Shown piece after piece: positions 34,055 through 43,081 of a stretch of 64,000 nucleotides of DNA. The notes beneath the pieces are model-generated. The model had not been told where the DNA came from, did not search any database, and saw only the letters and a program-made list of their open reading frames with translations. The DNA is from Alphaproteobacteria bacterium. Its GTDB lineage: Bacteria; Pseudomonadota; Alphaproteobacteria; SHVV01. A program made the position numbers and the translations under genes. The first letter of the stretch is position 1. Every line of letters starts with the position of its first letter. Location: NCBI GenBank assembly GCA_965261735.1, contig OZ253470.1, forward strand, positions 192,001 through 256,000. The letters are read 5' to 3'.

Positions 34055-34566
34055 CGCGACGAGTTCGACGAACTCAAGCCCACCTACATACTTGCGTACG
34101 ACGACGAAGCGACGCTGGTCGGAACCTGGCGTCTGTTGTCGACCGCGGGCGCCTACATGCTCAAAGACGTGTTTCCATTCTTGCTCGATGGAACCGCGGC
34201 GCCGCGGGATGCGGCGATTTGGGAAATGAGCCGCTTCGCCGTCGATCGGTCGCCGGTGAGCAGGGTCGGTCCGAACGGAATCTGCAGGTTCACCAATGAG
34301 TTGTTTTGCGGCCTCACCGAATTCTGCCTGTCGCGCGGCATCCGAGAGGTCGTCCAGGTCTACGACATCCGCGTCGCCCGGATTCTCCCGAGGTGGGATG
34401 CCATCCCTTCTGGCAAAGCCGGAAGCGCAGAGTAGGCAACACGATTGCTCTGGCGGGCCGCTTCACGACCGACGAAACGGCGCTGAGCCGCATCCGCCTG
34501 GCGACTGGAATCACCAGCTCCGTCCTTGGCGAATCAGTGCAAGCGCCATCCCGCAACGCCGCCTAG
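34055..34566 (+). pseudogene. LuxI-family acyl-homoserine lactone synthase, N-terminally truncated and frameshifted
   Basis: RDEFD..PTYI, RLLST..YML..VFP, IWEMSRFAV; frameshift near 34393 joins ILPR to VGCHPFW. Confidence 0.8.
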
Positions 34567-34594
34567 TCGGCCACCAGTCTCAGGAGAACACTTT

Positions 34595-34849
34595 GTGGTG
34601 GAGCCGGTCGATGGCAGTCCCAAGAACAACGCCCTCGCCATTAAGTCGGCCCTTGAATACCTGCACGGCGAGGCACTGATGGCGGGCCTGTGCTTTGTCG
34701 CCCACCTGATCGGTGCCGCCTCCGCGGCCGTCGAACTCGACCGGCGGCACTCGGACGAAGCCGAGACCAATCCCGGTTTCAAGGAAAATGGCGCCGGCGG
34801 CGGGAGCACACCGAACGACCTCGAGCCTTTCACTGACAACAGCACATAA
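34595..34849 (+). CDS. small hypothetical protein
   Basis: AGGAG RBS then GTG; helical ALEYLHGEA..LIGAA core. Confidence 0.5.
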   Translation: MVEPVDGSPKNNALAIKSALEYLHGEALMAGLCFVAHLIGAASAAVELDRRHSDEAETNPGFKENGAGGGSTPNDLEPFTDNST

Positions 34850-34924
34850 GGGGCGCTGCGATGTCTTCGATAACCGCAACTCACGATGTTTCGGCGCGGC
34901 GAGCCAGGAAAATCCCTGGCCCGT

Positions 34925-35361
34925 CCGGATGGAGTCATGTCTTCGAGTAGGAGTAGGAACTCGCCCGATTCGGGGTCAAAGGAGCTGACATAGCCTTTCG
35001 GGGTCCGCACCGGGCCTTTCGGGGTCCGCACCGGGACGTCGCGCGCGATCCGACCGTAGAAGTTGACCTCGCGTTCGTAGAGCCGGAAGAGACCGGCCAC
35101 GGTTCGCATCTGCTCGCGCGTCGAGGGCAGCTTCGCGACAAGTGAGGCTGGACCATTCGAGCCGTCTGATTCGTATTCGATGCGAAGCCGTCGCACCTCG
35201 CTCGTGAAGCTCGTCCCCTCTTCCTCCGGCTCGCTCGTCCACGAACGCACGGTACGGTTGCTAAGCGGATCCATCGCCCGAATGGCGCGGGTCAGTAGCT
35301 CGGTCGAGACCTCTGTGCCGCCCTCTAGGGGCGCGGGACCCGACGCGAGAGCTTCCGTCAT
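34925..35361 (-). pseudogene. APH/ecdysteroid-kinase-like phosphotransferase, N-terminal fragment
   Basis: PASLVAKLP, YEREVNFY, FLLLLEDM; resemblance ends there; internal 21-bp duplication. Confidence 0.7.
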
Positions 35362-35386
35362 GCCCGTGTCTCCTCTCCCTTCCTGC

Positions 35387-36820
35387 GATCGTGTCCCGCG
35401 GAGTGGTGTAAGAGCGTTGCGCTCTACGCGGCTCCCGGCGGGTAGGGCCGGGACGTTCAGGCTGCCACGGTGGGCAGCGTGATGGGGACACCATCGCTCA
35501 GCGGAGCGATGGATTCCAGCGTCATGTATCTCCTTGAGACGGCCCACTCGTCGTTCTGCTCGAGAAGGATGGCGCCGACGAGCCGTGTGATGGCGGCTTC
35601 GTTGGGAAAGATACCGACGACGTTGGTGCGACGCTTGACCTCGGCATGGAGCCGTTCGATCGGGTTTGTGGAGTGCAATTTCTGGCGGTGCTCCCTGGGG
35701 AAGCTCATGTAGGCGAGGACGTCGTGCTCGGCTTCGTCCATGAGAACTGCCAGCTTGGGCACCTTGGGCCTGAGCTGGTCGGCGACCTGGCGCCACTGGA
35801 CCTTCGCGCTGTCGGCGTCCTCCTGGGCGAAGGCGGAGACGACGCGCCGGCCCTGGCGGCCGGCATGGGCCAGCAGGTTGCGGGCGAAGTGCACGCGGCA
35901 GCGCTGCCATGTGGCGCCGAGGATCCGGGTCGCGGCGGCCTTCAGGCCCTTGTGGTCGTCGGAGATCACCAGCTTCACGCCGCGCAGCCCGCGCCGGGCC
36001 AGCGAGCGCAGGAACTCGATCCAGAAGGTCTCGGCCTCCGACGCGCCGATCGCCACGCCCAGGACCTCGCGGCGGCCTTGGTCGTTGACGGCCACAGCCA
36101 CGGTCACCGCGACCGAGACGATGCGTCCGGTCTGGCGCACCTTCACGTAGGTGGCGTCGAGCCACAGATAGGGTCAGTCGCCCTCCAGCGGTCGATCGAG
36201 GAAGCCGGTGACCTTATCGTCGATCTCGCCGCACAGCCTGGAGACCTGGCTCTTGGAGGCGCCCGACATCCCCATCGCCTGAACCAGATCGTCGACCGAG
36301 CGGGTCGACACCCCCTGGATGTAGGCCTCCTGGATCACCGCAGCCAGCGCCTTCTCGGCCATCCGCCGCGGCTCCAGGAAGCCCGGGAAGTAGCTTCCCT
36401 TCCTCAGCTTCGGGATCTTCAGCTCGACCGTGCCGGCCCGCGTCTCCCAGGACCGGTCGCGGTAGCCGTTGCGATGGGTGATACGATCCGCCGAGCGCTC
36501 GCCGTGCCCGGCGCCGGTCAGGCCCTCAACCTCCAGTGCCATCAGCCGCTCGGCCGTGAAGCCGATCATCTCGCAAAGCAGATCGGCATCGGAGCTCTTC
36601 TCCAAAAGCGCGCGCAGGGTCATCATGTCCTGGGTCATCGTGGTTCTCCTTCGGGTCAGGTTGGTTTGCACTAGCCCAACCCTAAACCGGAACCGCGATG
36701 GCCTCCGCTGTGGATAGCCGGCTTGCCTACGCCAGACTCTCGGCGGTCGCTACGGCAAGCCGCCTACCCACAGCTACCAGAGGCTCCAACAACTCCTACA
36801 CCACGTCCTGGGACACGACC
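35387..36820 (-). mobile_element. IS256-family insertion sequence
   Basis: IRs GATCGTGTCCCgcGgaGTGGTGTA / GGTCGTGTCCCagGacGTGGTGTA; 8-bp direct repeat CTTCCTGC at 35379-35386 and 36821-36828. Confidence 0.92.
35457..36638 (-). pseudogene. IS256 transposase with in-frame TGA at 36174-36176
   Basis: [45 protein letters not shown]. Confidence 0.9.
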
Positions 36821-36861
36821 CTTCCTGCGAGCCCGATCCGACCAGTACCCCGCGCCTTCGG

Positions 36862-36890
36862 TTGACAAGTTCTGGCGGCGGCAATAAGCG
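36862..36890 (+). promoter_or_regulatory. sigma70-type promoter for tRNA-Gln
   Basis: TTGACA-N17-TAAGCG, 23 nt before the tRNA. Confidence 0.55.
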
Positions 36891-36913
36891 TTGGCGTGCG
36901 GGCCCTTCCTTGC

Positions 36914-36987
36914 TGGGGGATAGTTTAGCGGTAAAACTCTCGGCTCTGACCCGAGCGACCCTGGTTCGAATCCAGGTCCCCCAGCCA
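36914..36987 (+). tRNA. tRNA-Gln(CTG)
   Basis: Acceptor TGGGGGA/TCCCCCA, anticodon arm CTCGG-CTCTGAC-CCGAG, GGTTCGAATCC, encoded CCA. Confidence 0.96.
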
Positions 36988-37038
36988 GCCACCCCGGCGA
37001 GGCAGTCTCTTCATCGCATGGCGCGGCCAACCCACGGA

Positions 37039-37362
37039 AAACAGGGCCTGTTTCGCGGTCAATCGGAATTCGCAGCTCCTGAACGCGGGAGCATTTCCGG
37101 CAATTACCGGGCTTCGCGGTGTGCGGTCTCCGCGAGCGCGATGCAAGGGTGAGTTTGGCGGAAACAGGGAATTTTTGCGATTTCGGCCTCAAAACAGGGA
37201 GAATATTGCGGGTTTTCCAACCAATAAACCGAGAGCCTCCGTAATATCAATGCCTTACAAACTTTTCCTGTTTTTTTCGGAACAGGGAAACGAATAGTTG
37301 ATAACAGGGAGACAAATGGAGGGAACAGGGAAACGAATCGAGGGAACAGGGAATAATCAGGG
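37039..37362 (+). repeat. AACAGGGA repeat cluster
   Basis: Direct copies at 37163, 37193, 37281, 37303, 37324, 37345; near-inverted TTCCTGTT at 37265; palindrome AAACAGG-G-CCTGTTT 37039-37053. Confidence 0.85.
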
Positions 37363-37400
37363 CCGTCTTGCCCGTAGTCGAGTGAGTGGGGTGCCGATCC

Positions 37401-38990
37401 CTATTCCGGCGATGCCGCAAACGGGAAGCGGGCGGCTTGCTGCGACCAGTCGAGCGGCATCGGGCCCTTGAGGAGCCGTGACAGTGTCAGGCCTGCGGAT
37501 TGGCGACCTTCAACGATCGCCCGCTGGATCTCTGGCGCCAGAAAGGCCAGGCGGACGAGCCGGCGTCGATGGGGCGTATCGGGTACTGCAGTGAGTGCCG
37601 GCAGCCCGTCATCGTCATAGTGCAGCATGGCGTGAGCGGAGCGGAGCGCCCTGACCAGAACCGGGCCCGGCATGTGACCCGGACTTTGGCCCTTAAGAAC
37701 CCAGGTCTGACCGCGACGCCGGACCAGGGGCAGATGCAGCCTGGCGAGGCGCGCATCCACTGGATCCGGCTCGACCCGTTCGTGGGGCTCGAGGCGCTCG
37801 CGCATCGCGACGATCCGGTCGATCGGCAGCAAGCAGTGCAGCGACTGATCGTGGAGCTCGGCGCGGACAACAAGCGTGATGGGATCGTCCGGACATCCCG
37901 GGATCACGCGACGCAGCGCGGTCGCGAGGGCGACTTCGAGCGATGGTGCGGAAATGCGCCGGATGGCTGTGTCGGATGGATCGCGCCTTGCACCTTGCTG
38001 AAGCGGTGCCGAGACGTAGTAGCGATAGAGCTTGCCGCCTCTCCCATAGGAGAAGGTCGGCGACATCGGCTGGCCATCCGCATCGAAGAGGCGCCCGGCC
38101 AGAGGGGCATTCGACTTCTGCTCCAGCTTCGATGCGCGACGGCGAGTGTTCGCATCGAGGCGCGCCTGGACAGCCTCGAAGAGATCGGCATCGATGATGG
38201 CCTGGTGCCGGCCCGGATGCACCCTCCCCTTGTGGACGATCAGGCCGCGATAGACTCTGTTGCGCAGCAGTTGAAAGAGCGCGCCGCGGCTGAACGGCCG
38301 GCCGCCGGATAGTCGACCCGCCCGCGTCACCCGCCGCTTCGAACGGATGCCCCGATCCTCAAGCCATCGCTGCAGCGCGTGCACGGAACCGAGATCGACA
38401 TAGGCTCCGAAGATGGTGCGCACGATCTCGGCCTCCTCCTGGTTGACCGCCAGGGCGCGCGTGCCATCCCCAGGTGGGTCGTAGCCAAGCGGCACAGTGC
38501 CCCCCATCCACATGCCCTTGGCCTTGGAGGCCGCGATCTTGTCGCGGATGCGCTCGCCCGTCACCTCGCGCTCGAACTGCGCGAAGGACAACAGCACGTT
38601 CAGTGTCAGGCGGCCCATGCTGGTCGTGGTGTTGAAGGCCTGGGTGACGCTGACGAAGCTGACCCGACGGCGATCGAAGATCTCGATCATGCGTGCGAAG
38701 TCGGCCAAGGACCGGGTCAGGCGGTCGATCTTGTAGACGACGACCACGTCGACCTTGCCGGCTTCGATGTCGCAGAGGAGCCGCTTGAGCGCCGGGCGCT
38801 CCATGGATGCGCCAGAGAAACCGCCATCGTCGTAGCGGGCCCGGACCGCTCTCCAACCTTCGCTGGCCTGGCTCTTCACATACGCCTCGCAGGCTTCGCG
38901 CTGTGCATCGAGGGAGTTGAACGCCTGCTCGAGGCCTTCCTCGGTGCTCTTCCTCGTATAGAGGGCACAGTGGAGACGGGGTTGGCTCAT
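37401..38990 (-). CDS. large serine recombinase
   Basis: CALYTRKST catalytic Ser, DGGFSG..RPAL, YKIDRLTRS, recombinase domain PLGY; ATG 38990. Confidence 0.93.
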   Translation of the reverse strand: MSQPRLHCALYTRKSTEEGLEQAFNSLDAQREACEAYVKSQASEGWRAVRARYDDGGFSGASMERPALKRLLCDIEAGKVDVVVVYKIDRLTRSLADFARMIEIFDRRRVSFVSVTQAFNTTTSMGRLTLNVLLSFAQFEREVTGERIRDKIAASKAKGMWMGGTVPLGYDPPGDGTRALAVNQEEAEIVRTIFGAYVDLGSVHALQRWLEDRGIRSKRRVTRAGRLSGGRPFSRGALFQLLRNRVYRGLIVHKGRVHPGRHQAIIDADLFEAVQARLDANTRRRASKLEQKSNAPLAGRLFDADGQPMSPTFSYGRGGKLYRYYVSAPLQQGARRDPSDTAIRRISAPSLEVALATALRRVIPGCPDDPITLVVRAELHDQSLHCLLPIDRIVAMRERLEPHERVEPDPVDARLARLHLPLVRRRGQTWVLKGQSPGHMPGPVLVRALRSAHAMLHYDDDGLPALTAVPDTPHRRRLVRLAFLAPEIQRAIVEGRQSAGLTLSRLLKGPMPLDWSQQAARFPFAASPE

Positions 38991-39400
38991 TTGGCGGATC
39001 GGAGGCCGAAGAAGCGCGGGCCATTCCAACGCGTGCCCGCGATCGCGGTCGCGGCCGCGGAGAGGCTCTTGAAGAGTTGACCCCCGTGGCGAAACCCCTC
39101 TTCTTCGACCGTGACCTGGACGATCCGCCCCCGCCATTCACGCCGCAGCGTGGTCCCGATCCCGAGCTCAAGACCTTCTGCCTGGACCCGCTGGCGGCGC
39201 TTGAGCTTGCGCCGTGTGTCACGATCGAGACCGCCGAGAGCCTCTGCCTGCAGCCGCCAGGCCAGACAATAACGCAACAGCGCGGCCGAGCGCAGCTTCG
39301 GCGGGACACCGTAGCGGTTGCGCCAAACCTCTCGAAGCCCTTCGAGACCAAGGGGCGTGAGCGCCTCGATCTCGTCCGCAAGCGGCGCCTCGCCGGTCAT
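38987..39400 (-). CDS. DUF2924 protein
   Basis: LAWRLQ..ALGGL, GTTLRREWRG, SLSAAA..IAGTRWNGPRFFGL. Confidence 0.9.
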   Translation of the reverse strand: MTGEAPLADEIEALTPLGLEGLREVWRNRYGVPPKLRSAALLRYCLAWRLQAEALGGLDRDTRRKLKRRQRVQAEGLELGIGTTLRREWRGRIVQVTVEEEGFRHGGQLFKSLSAAATAIAGTRWNGPRFFGLRSAK

Positions 39401-39693
39401 GTCACCGGTTCCTCGATGCGGTAGCGCCGCTGGCCCCCTTCTTTCTCGGACCCGATGACGTGGCCCTTGCGCCGCAGCGCACCTGCGAGCGCACCTCGAA
39501 CCGAATGGGGCTGCCAGCCCGTTGCCTTACAGAGTTGGGCGATGGTCGCGCCGCCCGGGGCACTGAGATGGGCGACGAGAAGCGCGAGCTTCGTGGTCCC
39601 CGGCGGCTTCGGAGCTGTCGCCTTTGAGTTCTTGCGGGTGGTCGCCTTCGCGGCACGCGATACCGACCTCTTCTTCAACGGCTTGCTGGTCAT
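39397..39693 (-). CDS. DUF3489 protein (HTH-like)
   Basis: TKLALL..L..PGGATI..L..ATGWQPHSVRGALAG..RRYRI. Confidence 0.9.
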   Translation of the reverse strand: MTSKPLKKRSVSRAAKATTRKNSKATAPKPPGTTKLALLVAHLSAPGGATIAQLCKATGWQPHSVRGALAGALRRKGHVIGSEKEGGQRRYRIEEPVT

Positions 39694-39893
39694 GGTGTTC
39701 TCCTCGGATATTGCGGCGCAGGTCGGCGCCGCTACCGGGGCAAGCCCGGGGTGGCCGGGCGTCGTCGCACTGACGCTCCATTGCGCCGGCGAGTCCAGTG
39801 CTTTCGCACAGTATTGTGGCTATCGCGGGCAATGGGGTATGCGCCTGCAGCCTCGCCTGCTCATCGTTGTTGGTCTTGCAATTCTGATGATAT

Positions 39894-39908
39894 GTTCTAT
39901 CTATGTTC
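39894..39908. promoter_or_regulatory. alphaproteobacterial LexA (SOS) box
   Basis: GTTC-TATCTAT-GTTC, exact GTTC-N7-GTTC, just downstream of a TTGCAA hexamer (39876-39881). Confidence 0.75.
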
Positions 39909-40049
39909 TATAGCGAGGAGGCATGGTGGTCTAAGCGAGAAAGCATGTGGGACCGGAGAGCAATGGCACTCGGAGCCGGCCCGGCCCGGCTCCGCTGGCT
40001 CATCGCCGGATGAATGCCCGGATGACCGGGCAGAAAATCGGAGGGGTTC

Positions 40050-41321
40050 ATGACGGACAGTGCGGCAAGTTCCGATGCTCTCGCGGTCGAATACCGGACG
40101 GTCGGCAGCCTCAAGCCCGATCCGCGTAATGCACGAACGCATCCCAAGCGGCAGCTCGAGCAAATCACGGCCTCGATCAAGGAGTTCGGCTTCACCAACC
40201 CGATCCTGATCGATGAACAGAGCGCCATCATCGCGGGGCACGGACGGCTGCACGCCGCAAAAGAGGCGGGTCTCGCGGAGGTTCCGACCATTGTGCTCGC
40301 AGGACTGACCGATGGTCAGAAGCGCGCACTGAGACTGGCCGACAACAAGATCGCGCTCAGTGCGAACTGGGATCTCGATCTCCTGAAGCTGGAGTTGGGC
40401 GATCTCGCCGGCATGAACTTCGATCTCGGCCTCACGGGTTTCTCGGTGGGGGAGATCGATATCGCCCTTTCGGGTGCGGACGAACCGGACGACGATCATC
40501 TCCCGGAGATAAAACCGTCGCCGCGAACCCGACCGGATGACATCTGGATCCTCGGCGACCATCGCCTTGGCTGCGGGGACGGTCGCGACCGCACGTTCCT
40601 GCGGCGTGTCATCGGGAAAGGCGTGAAGATCGACGCTGCCTTTCTCGATCCACCTTACAATGTCGCGATCGGCGGGCACGCCAACACGCGTGGCCGCCAC
40701 CGCGAATTCGCGATGGCCTCCGGCGAGATGAGCCGGGATGAGTTCCGCACGTTCCTCACAGACGCTTTGGGGGCGTGCGTCGCCGCATCCCGTGACGGCG
40801 CCGTTCACTTCGTTTGCATGGATTGGCGCCATATGGATGACCTTTCCGCCATCGGCCGGGACGTCTACGGCGACCTGCTCAATCTGTGCATCTGGAACAA
40901 GTCCAATGCCGGGATGGGCTCGCTCTACCGCTCAAAGCATGAACTGATCTTCGTCTACCGGGTTGGCCAGGCACCACACTTCAATGCGGTCGAGCTTGGC
41001 AAGCACGGCCGCAATCGCACCAACGTCTGGGACTACGCTTCCGTCAACACCGTGGCCGGAAGCCGGCGCGAAGATCTCAAACTCCATCCGACGGTCAAGC
41101 CGACAGCACTTGTCGCCGATGCGATCCAGGATGTGACCAGGCGCGGCGATCTCGTCTTGGATGTCTTCTCTGGATCAGGCACCACACTCGTCGCATCGGA
41201 GCGAACCGGTCGGCGTTTCCGCGGCGTGGAGATCGATCCGGCTTATGTGGACGTGGCGATCGATCGGTGGGAGGCCATGACCGGCGGGAAGGCCAAGCTC
41301 AGCAGGAAGGCCCAGGCATGA
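40050..41321 (+). CDS. ParB-N-terminal domain fused to beta-class N4/N6 DNA methyltransferase
   Basis: FGFTNPILID..IIAGHGRL (ParB); DPPYN precedes HPTVKP and DVFSGSGTT. Confidence 0.92.
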   Translation: MTDSAASSDALAVEYRTVGSLKPDPRNARTHPKRQLEQITASIKEFGFTNPILIDEQSAIIAGHGRLHAAKEAGLAEVPTIVLAGLTDGQKRALRLADNKIALSANWDLDLLKLELGDLAGMNFDLGLTGFSVGEIDIALSGADEPDDDHLPEIKPSPRTRPDDIWILGDHRLGCGDGRDRTFLRRVIGKGVKIDAAFLDPPYNVAIGGHANTRGRHREFAMASGEMSRDEFRTFLTDALGACVAASRDGAVHFVCMDWRHMDDLSAIGRDVYGDLLNLCIWNKSNAGMGSLYRSKHELIFVYRVGQAPHFNAVELGKHGRNRTNVWDYASVNTVAGSRREDLKLHPTVKPTALVADAIQDVTRRGDLVLDVFSGSGTTLVASERTGRRFRGVEIDPAYVDVAIDRWEAMTGGKAKLSRKAQA

Positions 41322-41887
41322 GCAAGGTCGGGCCAGGGCACCCGCCGAAGAGCACGCGCTTCCCGAAAGGAGTGAGCGGCAATCCCCACGGCAGACCTAG
41401 GAAGGAGCGCCCCGCGGACTCGACTTCCGCTTTCGATGTAGTCGTCGACAAGAAATTGACGATCGACCAGAACTGCAAGTCCCGCGAGGTCACGATCGAG
41501 GAGGCGCTTTGGCACAAGACATATCAAAACGCGATCGCCGGCAATCGCTCGGCCAAGCGCGAAGTTCTGAAGATGATCAAGAAGCGGGATGCCCATCTCG
41601 TCGCCCGCAAGGCCAAAAAACCGGCGCCGCGGAATGATGTCAAGTTCGTGTATCCCCCGGCCGATGTCGAAGAGGCGATGCTGATACTCGGGATAGCGAC
41701 CCAACACCCTGCCTGCGAGGATTTGGAAGCGGATCGCGAACAGCTTCTGCTTGAACCCTGGGCCGTGCAGGCCGCGCTCGAGCAACGCCATGGCGACAGC
41801 AAGCTCACACGGCGAGAGATGGAGGAGACCCAGCGGTGTACCCGTGATGCAGCGACCTTGTGTTGGCCAGGCGGGACCGCCGAATGA
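41318..41887 (+). CDS. DUF5681 protein
   Basis: VGPGHPPKSTRFPKGVSGNPHGRP. Confidence 0.85.
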   Translation: MSKVGPGHPPKSTRFPKGVSGNPHGRPRKERPADSTSAFDVVVDKKLTIDQNCKSREVTIEEALWHKTYQNAIAGNRSAKREVLKMIKKRDAHLVARKAKKPAPRNDVKFVYPPADVEEAMLILGIATQHPACEDLEADREQLLLEPWAVQAALEQRHGDSKLTRREMEETQRCTRDAATLCWPGGTAE

Positions 41888-42513
41888 GCACCGGGGGGGA
41901 AATCGGGTACGCCAATCCACCGAGGAATACGCGGTTTAGAAATGGGCGGAGCGGCAACCCCAAGGGCCGCCCGCCCGGGCGTAACAAAAAGCCGCCCTAT
42001 GAAGCGGTTCTCGGGCAAATGGTGACCGTTCGCGAGGACGGCATCGAGAGGCGTGTGACCGCTGCCGAGGCCTTTGCTCTGTATCTCACCAAACAGGGGC
42101 TCGATGGCGACAATGCCGCCGCCCGGCAAGCTGCGGCGGCGATCGGAGACGCCCGTGCCAAACAAAGGGAATTCTCGCCTCAAGGCCGCCAGACGCTCGT
42201 CATTGAGCTTGTCAGTTCCTCATCCTTCCTCTGTCACGGGACTGTCAACACCGCCCTCGTGCCGCTGCGCATGGCCAGGAAGCTCGATCGAAATCGCAAC
42301 ACCGACCGGATGGCGCTCGAGCCCTGGATCGTCGAGATGGCGCTTGACCGCCTCGGCAGCCGACGCCTGACGCTGCTGGAGCAGCAACAGGTCCTGAGAA
42401 CAACCCGAACCCCAAAGAAGGTACGCTGGCCGGATTGGTGGGAGGCACTCCCCGAGGCCGGCTACAATTTTATGCCGGCCTCTGCGAAGTCGAAGCCACC
42501 CCGGAACAAATAG
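41884..42513 (+). CDS. DUF5681 protein (paralog)
   Basis: IGYANPPRNTRFRNGRSGNPKGRP; shares LEPW.V..AL with the upstream paralog. Confidence 0.85.
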   Translation: MSTGGEIGYANPPRNTRFRNGRSGNPKGRPPGRNKKPPYEAVLGQMVTVREDGIERRVTAAEAFALYLTKQGLDGDNAAARQAAAAIGDARAKQREFSPQGRQTLVIELVSSSSFLCHGTVNTALVPLRMARKLDRNRNTDRMALEPWIVEMALDRLGSRRLTLLEQQQVLRTTRTPKKVRWPDWWEALPEAGYNFMPASAKSKPPRNK

Positions 42514-42548
42514 GCCACATGATTGCCGCCATAACGATGTATCTCACC

Positions 42549-42593
42549 CTCATAACCTGAAGGTCGTTGGTTCAAATCCAACCCCCGCAACCA
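42549..42593 (+). other. 3' half of tRNA-fMet (att-like remnant)
   Basis: CTCATAACCTGAAGGTCGTTGGTTCAAATCCAACCCCCGCAACCA; no 5' half upstream. Confidence 0.85.
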
Positions 42594-42597
42594 AGTC

Positions 42598-42636
42598 AAA
42601 CCCCCGCAAACGTTAATGTTTTCGGGGGTTTCTTTT
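42598..42636 (+). terminator. intrinsic terminator-like hairpin
   Basis: AAACCCCCGcAAAC-loop-GTTTtCGGGGGTTT then CTTTT. Confidence 0.65.
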
Positions 42637-42719
42637 GTCTGCGACATATCTGATTTTGTCAACCGTAAGCGTTCCGAAAGCGGATTCATTATAAATCCAG
42701 ACATCTCCTGACCGGGAGT

Positions 42720-42780
42720 GGTGTAGTGGTGTAAGGTGTAAGGTGTAAGGGTTCGGTGTAAGGTGTAAGGGTTCGGTGTG
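42720..42780 (+). repeat. GGTGTAA tandem repeat with 20-bp higher-order unit
   Basis: GGTGTAA x5; (GGTGTAAGGTGTAAGGGTTC) x2 at 42735-42774. Confidence 0.85.
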
Positions 42781-42799
42781 GTGCCGGGTCCGATCGTCC

Positions 42800-43081
42800 G
42801 ATCTGGCCACGATGGAGATCGTCGGCTGGTCGATGTCCGAGCGGCTGAAGAGCGTCCTGTGCGAGGATGCGCTGAAGATGGCGACCCGCAGCCGCCGGTT
42901 GCCCATGGGGCTGATCCACCATTCCGACCGCCGTCTGCGTACCGTCATAGCAACCTCCTATGCCAGAGTGTTGCGACGACCGATTGAACCCGCCCAATAT
43001 GCCTGCGGTGACTACCGCAAGCTGCTCCGCCTCCATGGCATCAAGGCCTCCATGAGCCGCAAGGGGAATTGCCTCGACAAC
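42800..43081 (+). pseudogene. IS3-family transposase integrase-core fragment
   Basis: DLATMEIVGWSM..LIHHSDR...QYACGDY..SMSRKGNCLDN. Confidence 0.8.

Noticed and set aside
34534-36165. 543-aa ORF
   Set aside because: Off-frame IS256 sequence joined to the phosphotransferase fragment
36174-36176. Programmed TGA readthrough or recoding in the IS256 transposase
   Set aside because: Position corresponds to a Trp codon (TGG to TGA); the gene also appears to carry a small deletion, and TGA is a normal stop throughout the window
37163-37362. CRISPR array
   Set aside because: Repeats are only 8-17 bp with ~13-bp gaps; no cas genes in the window
42720-42780. CRISPR or coding repeat
   Set aside because: Contiguous 7-bp units with no unique spacers and no credible ORF
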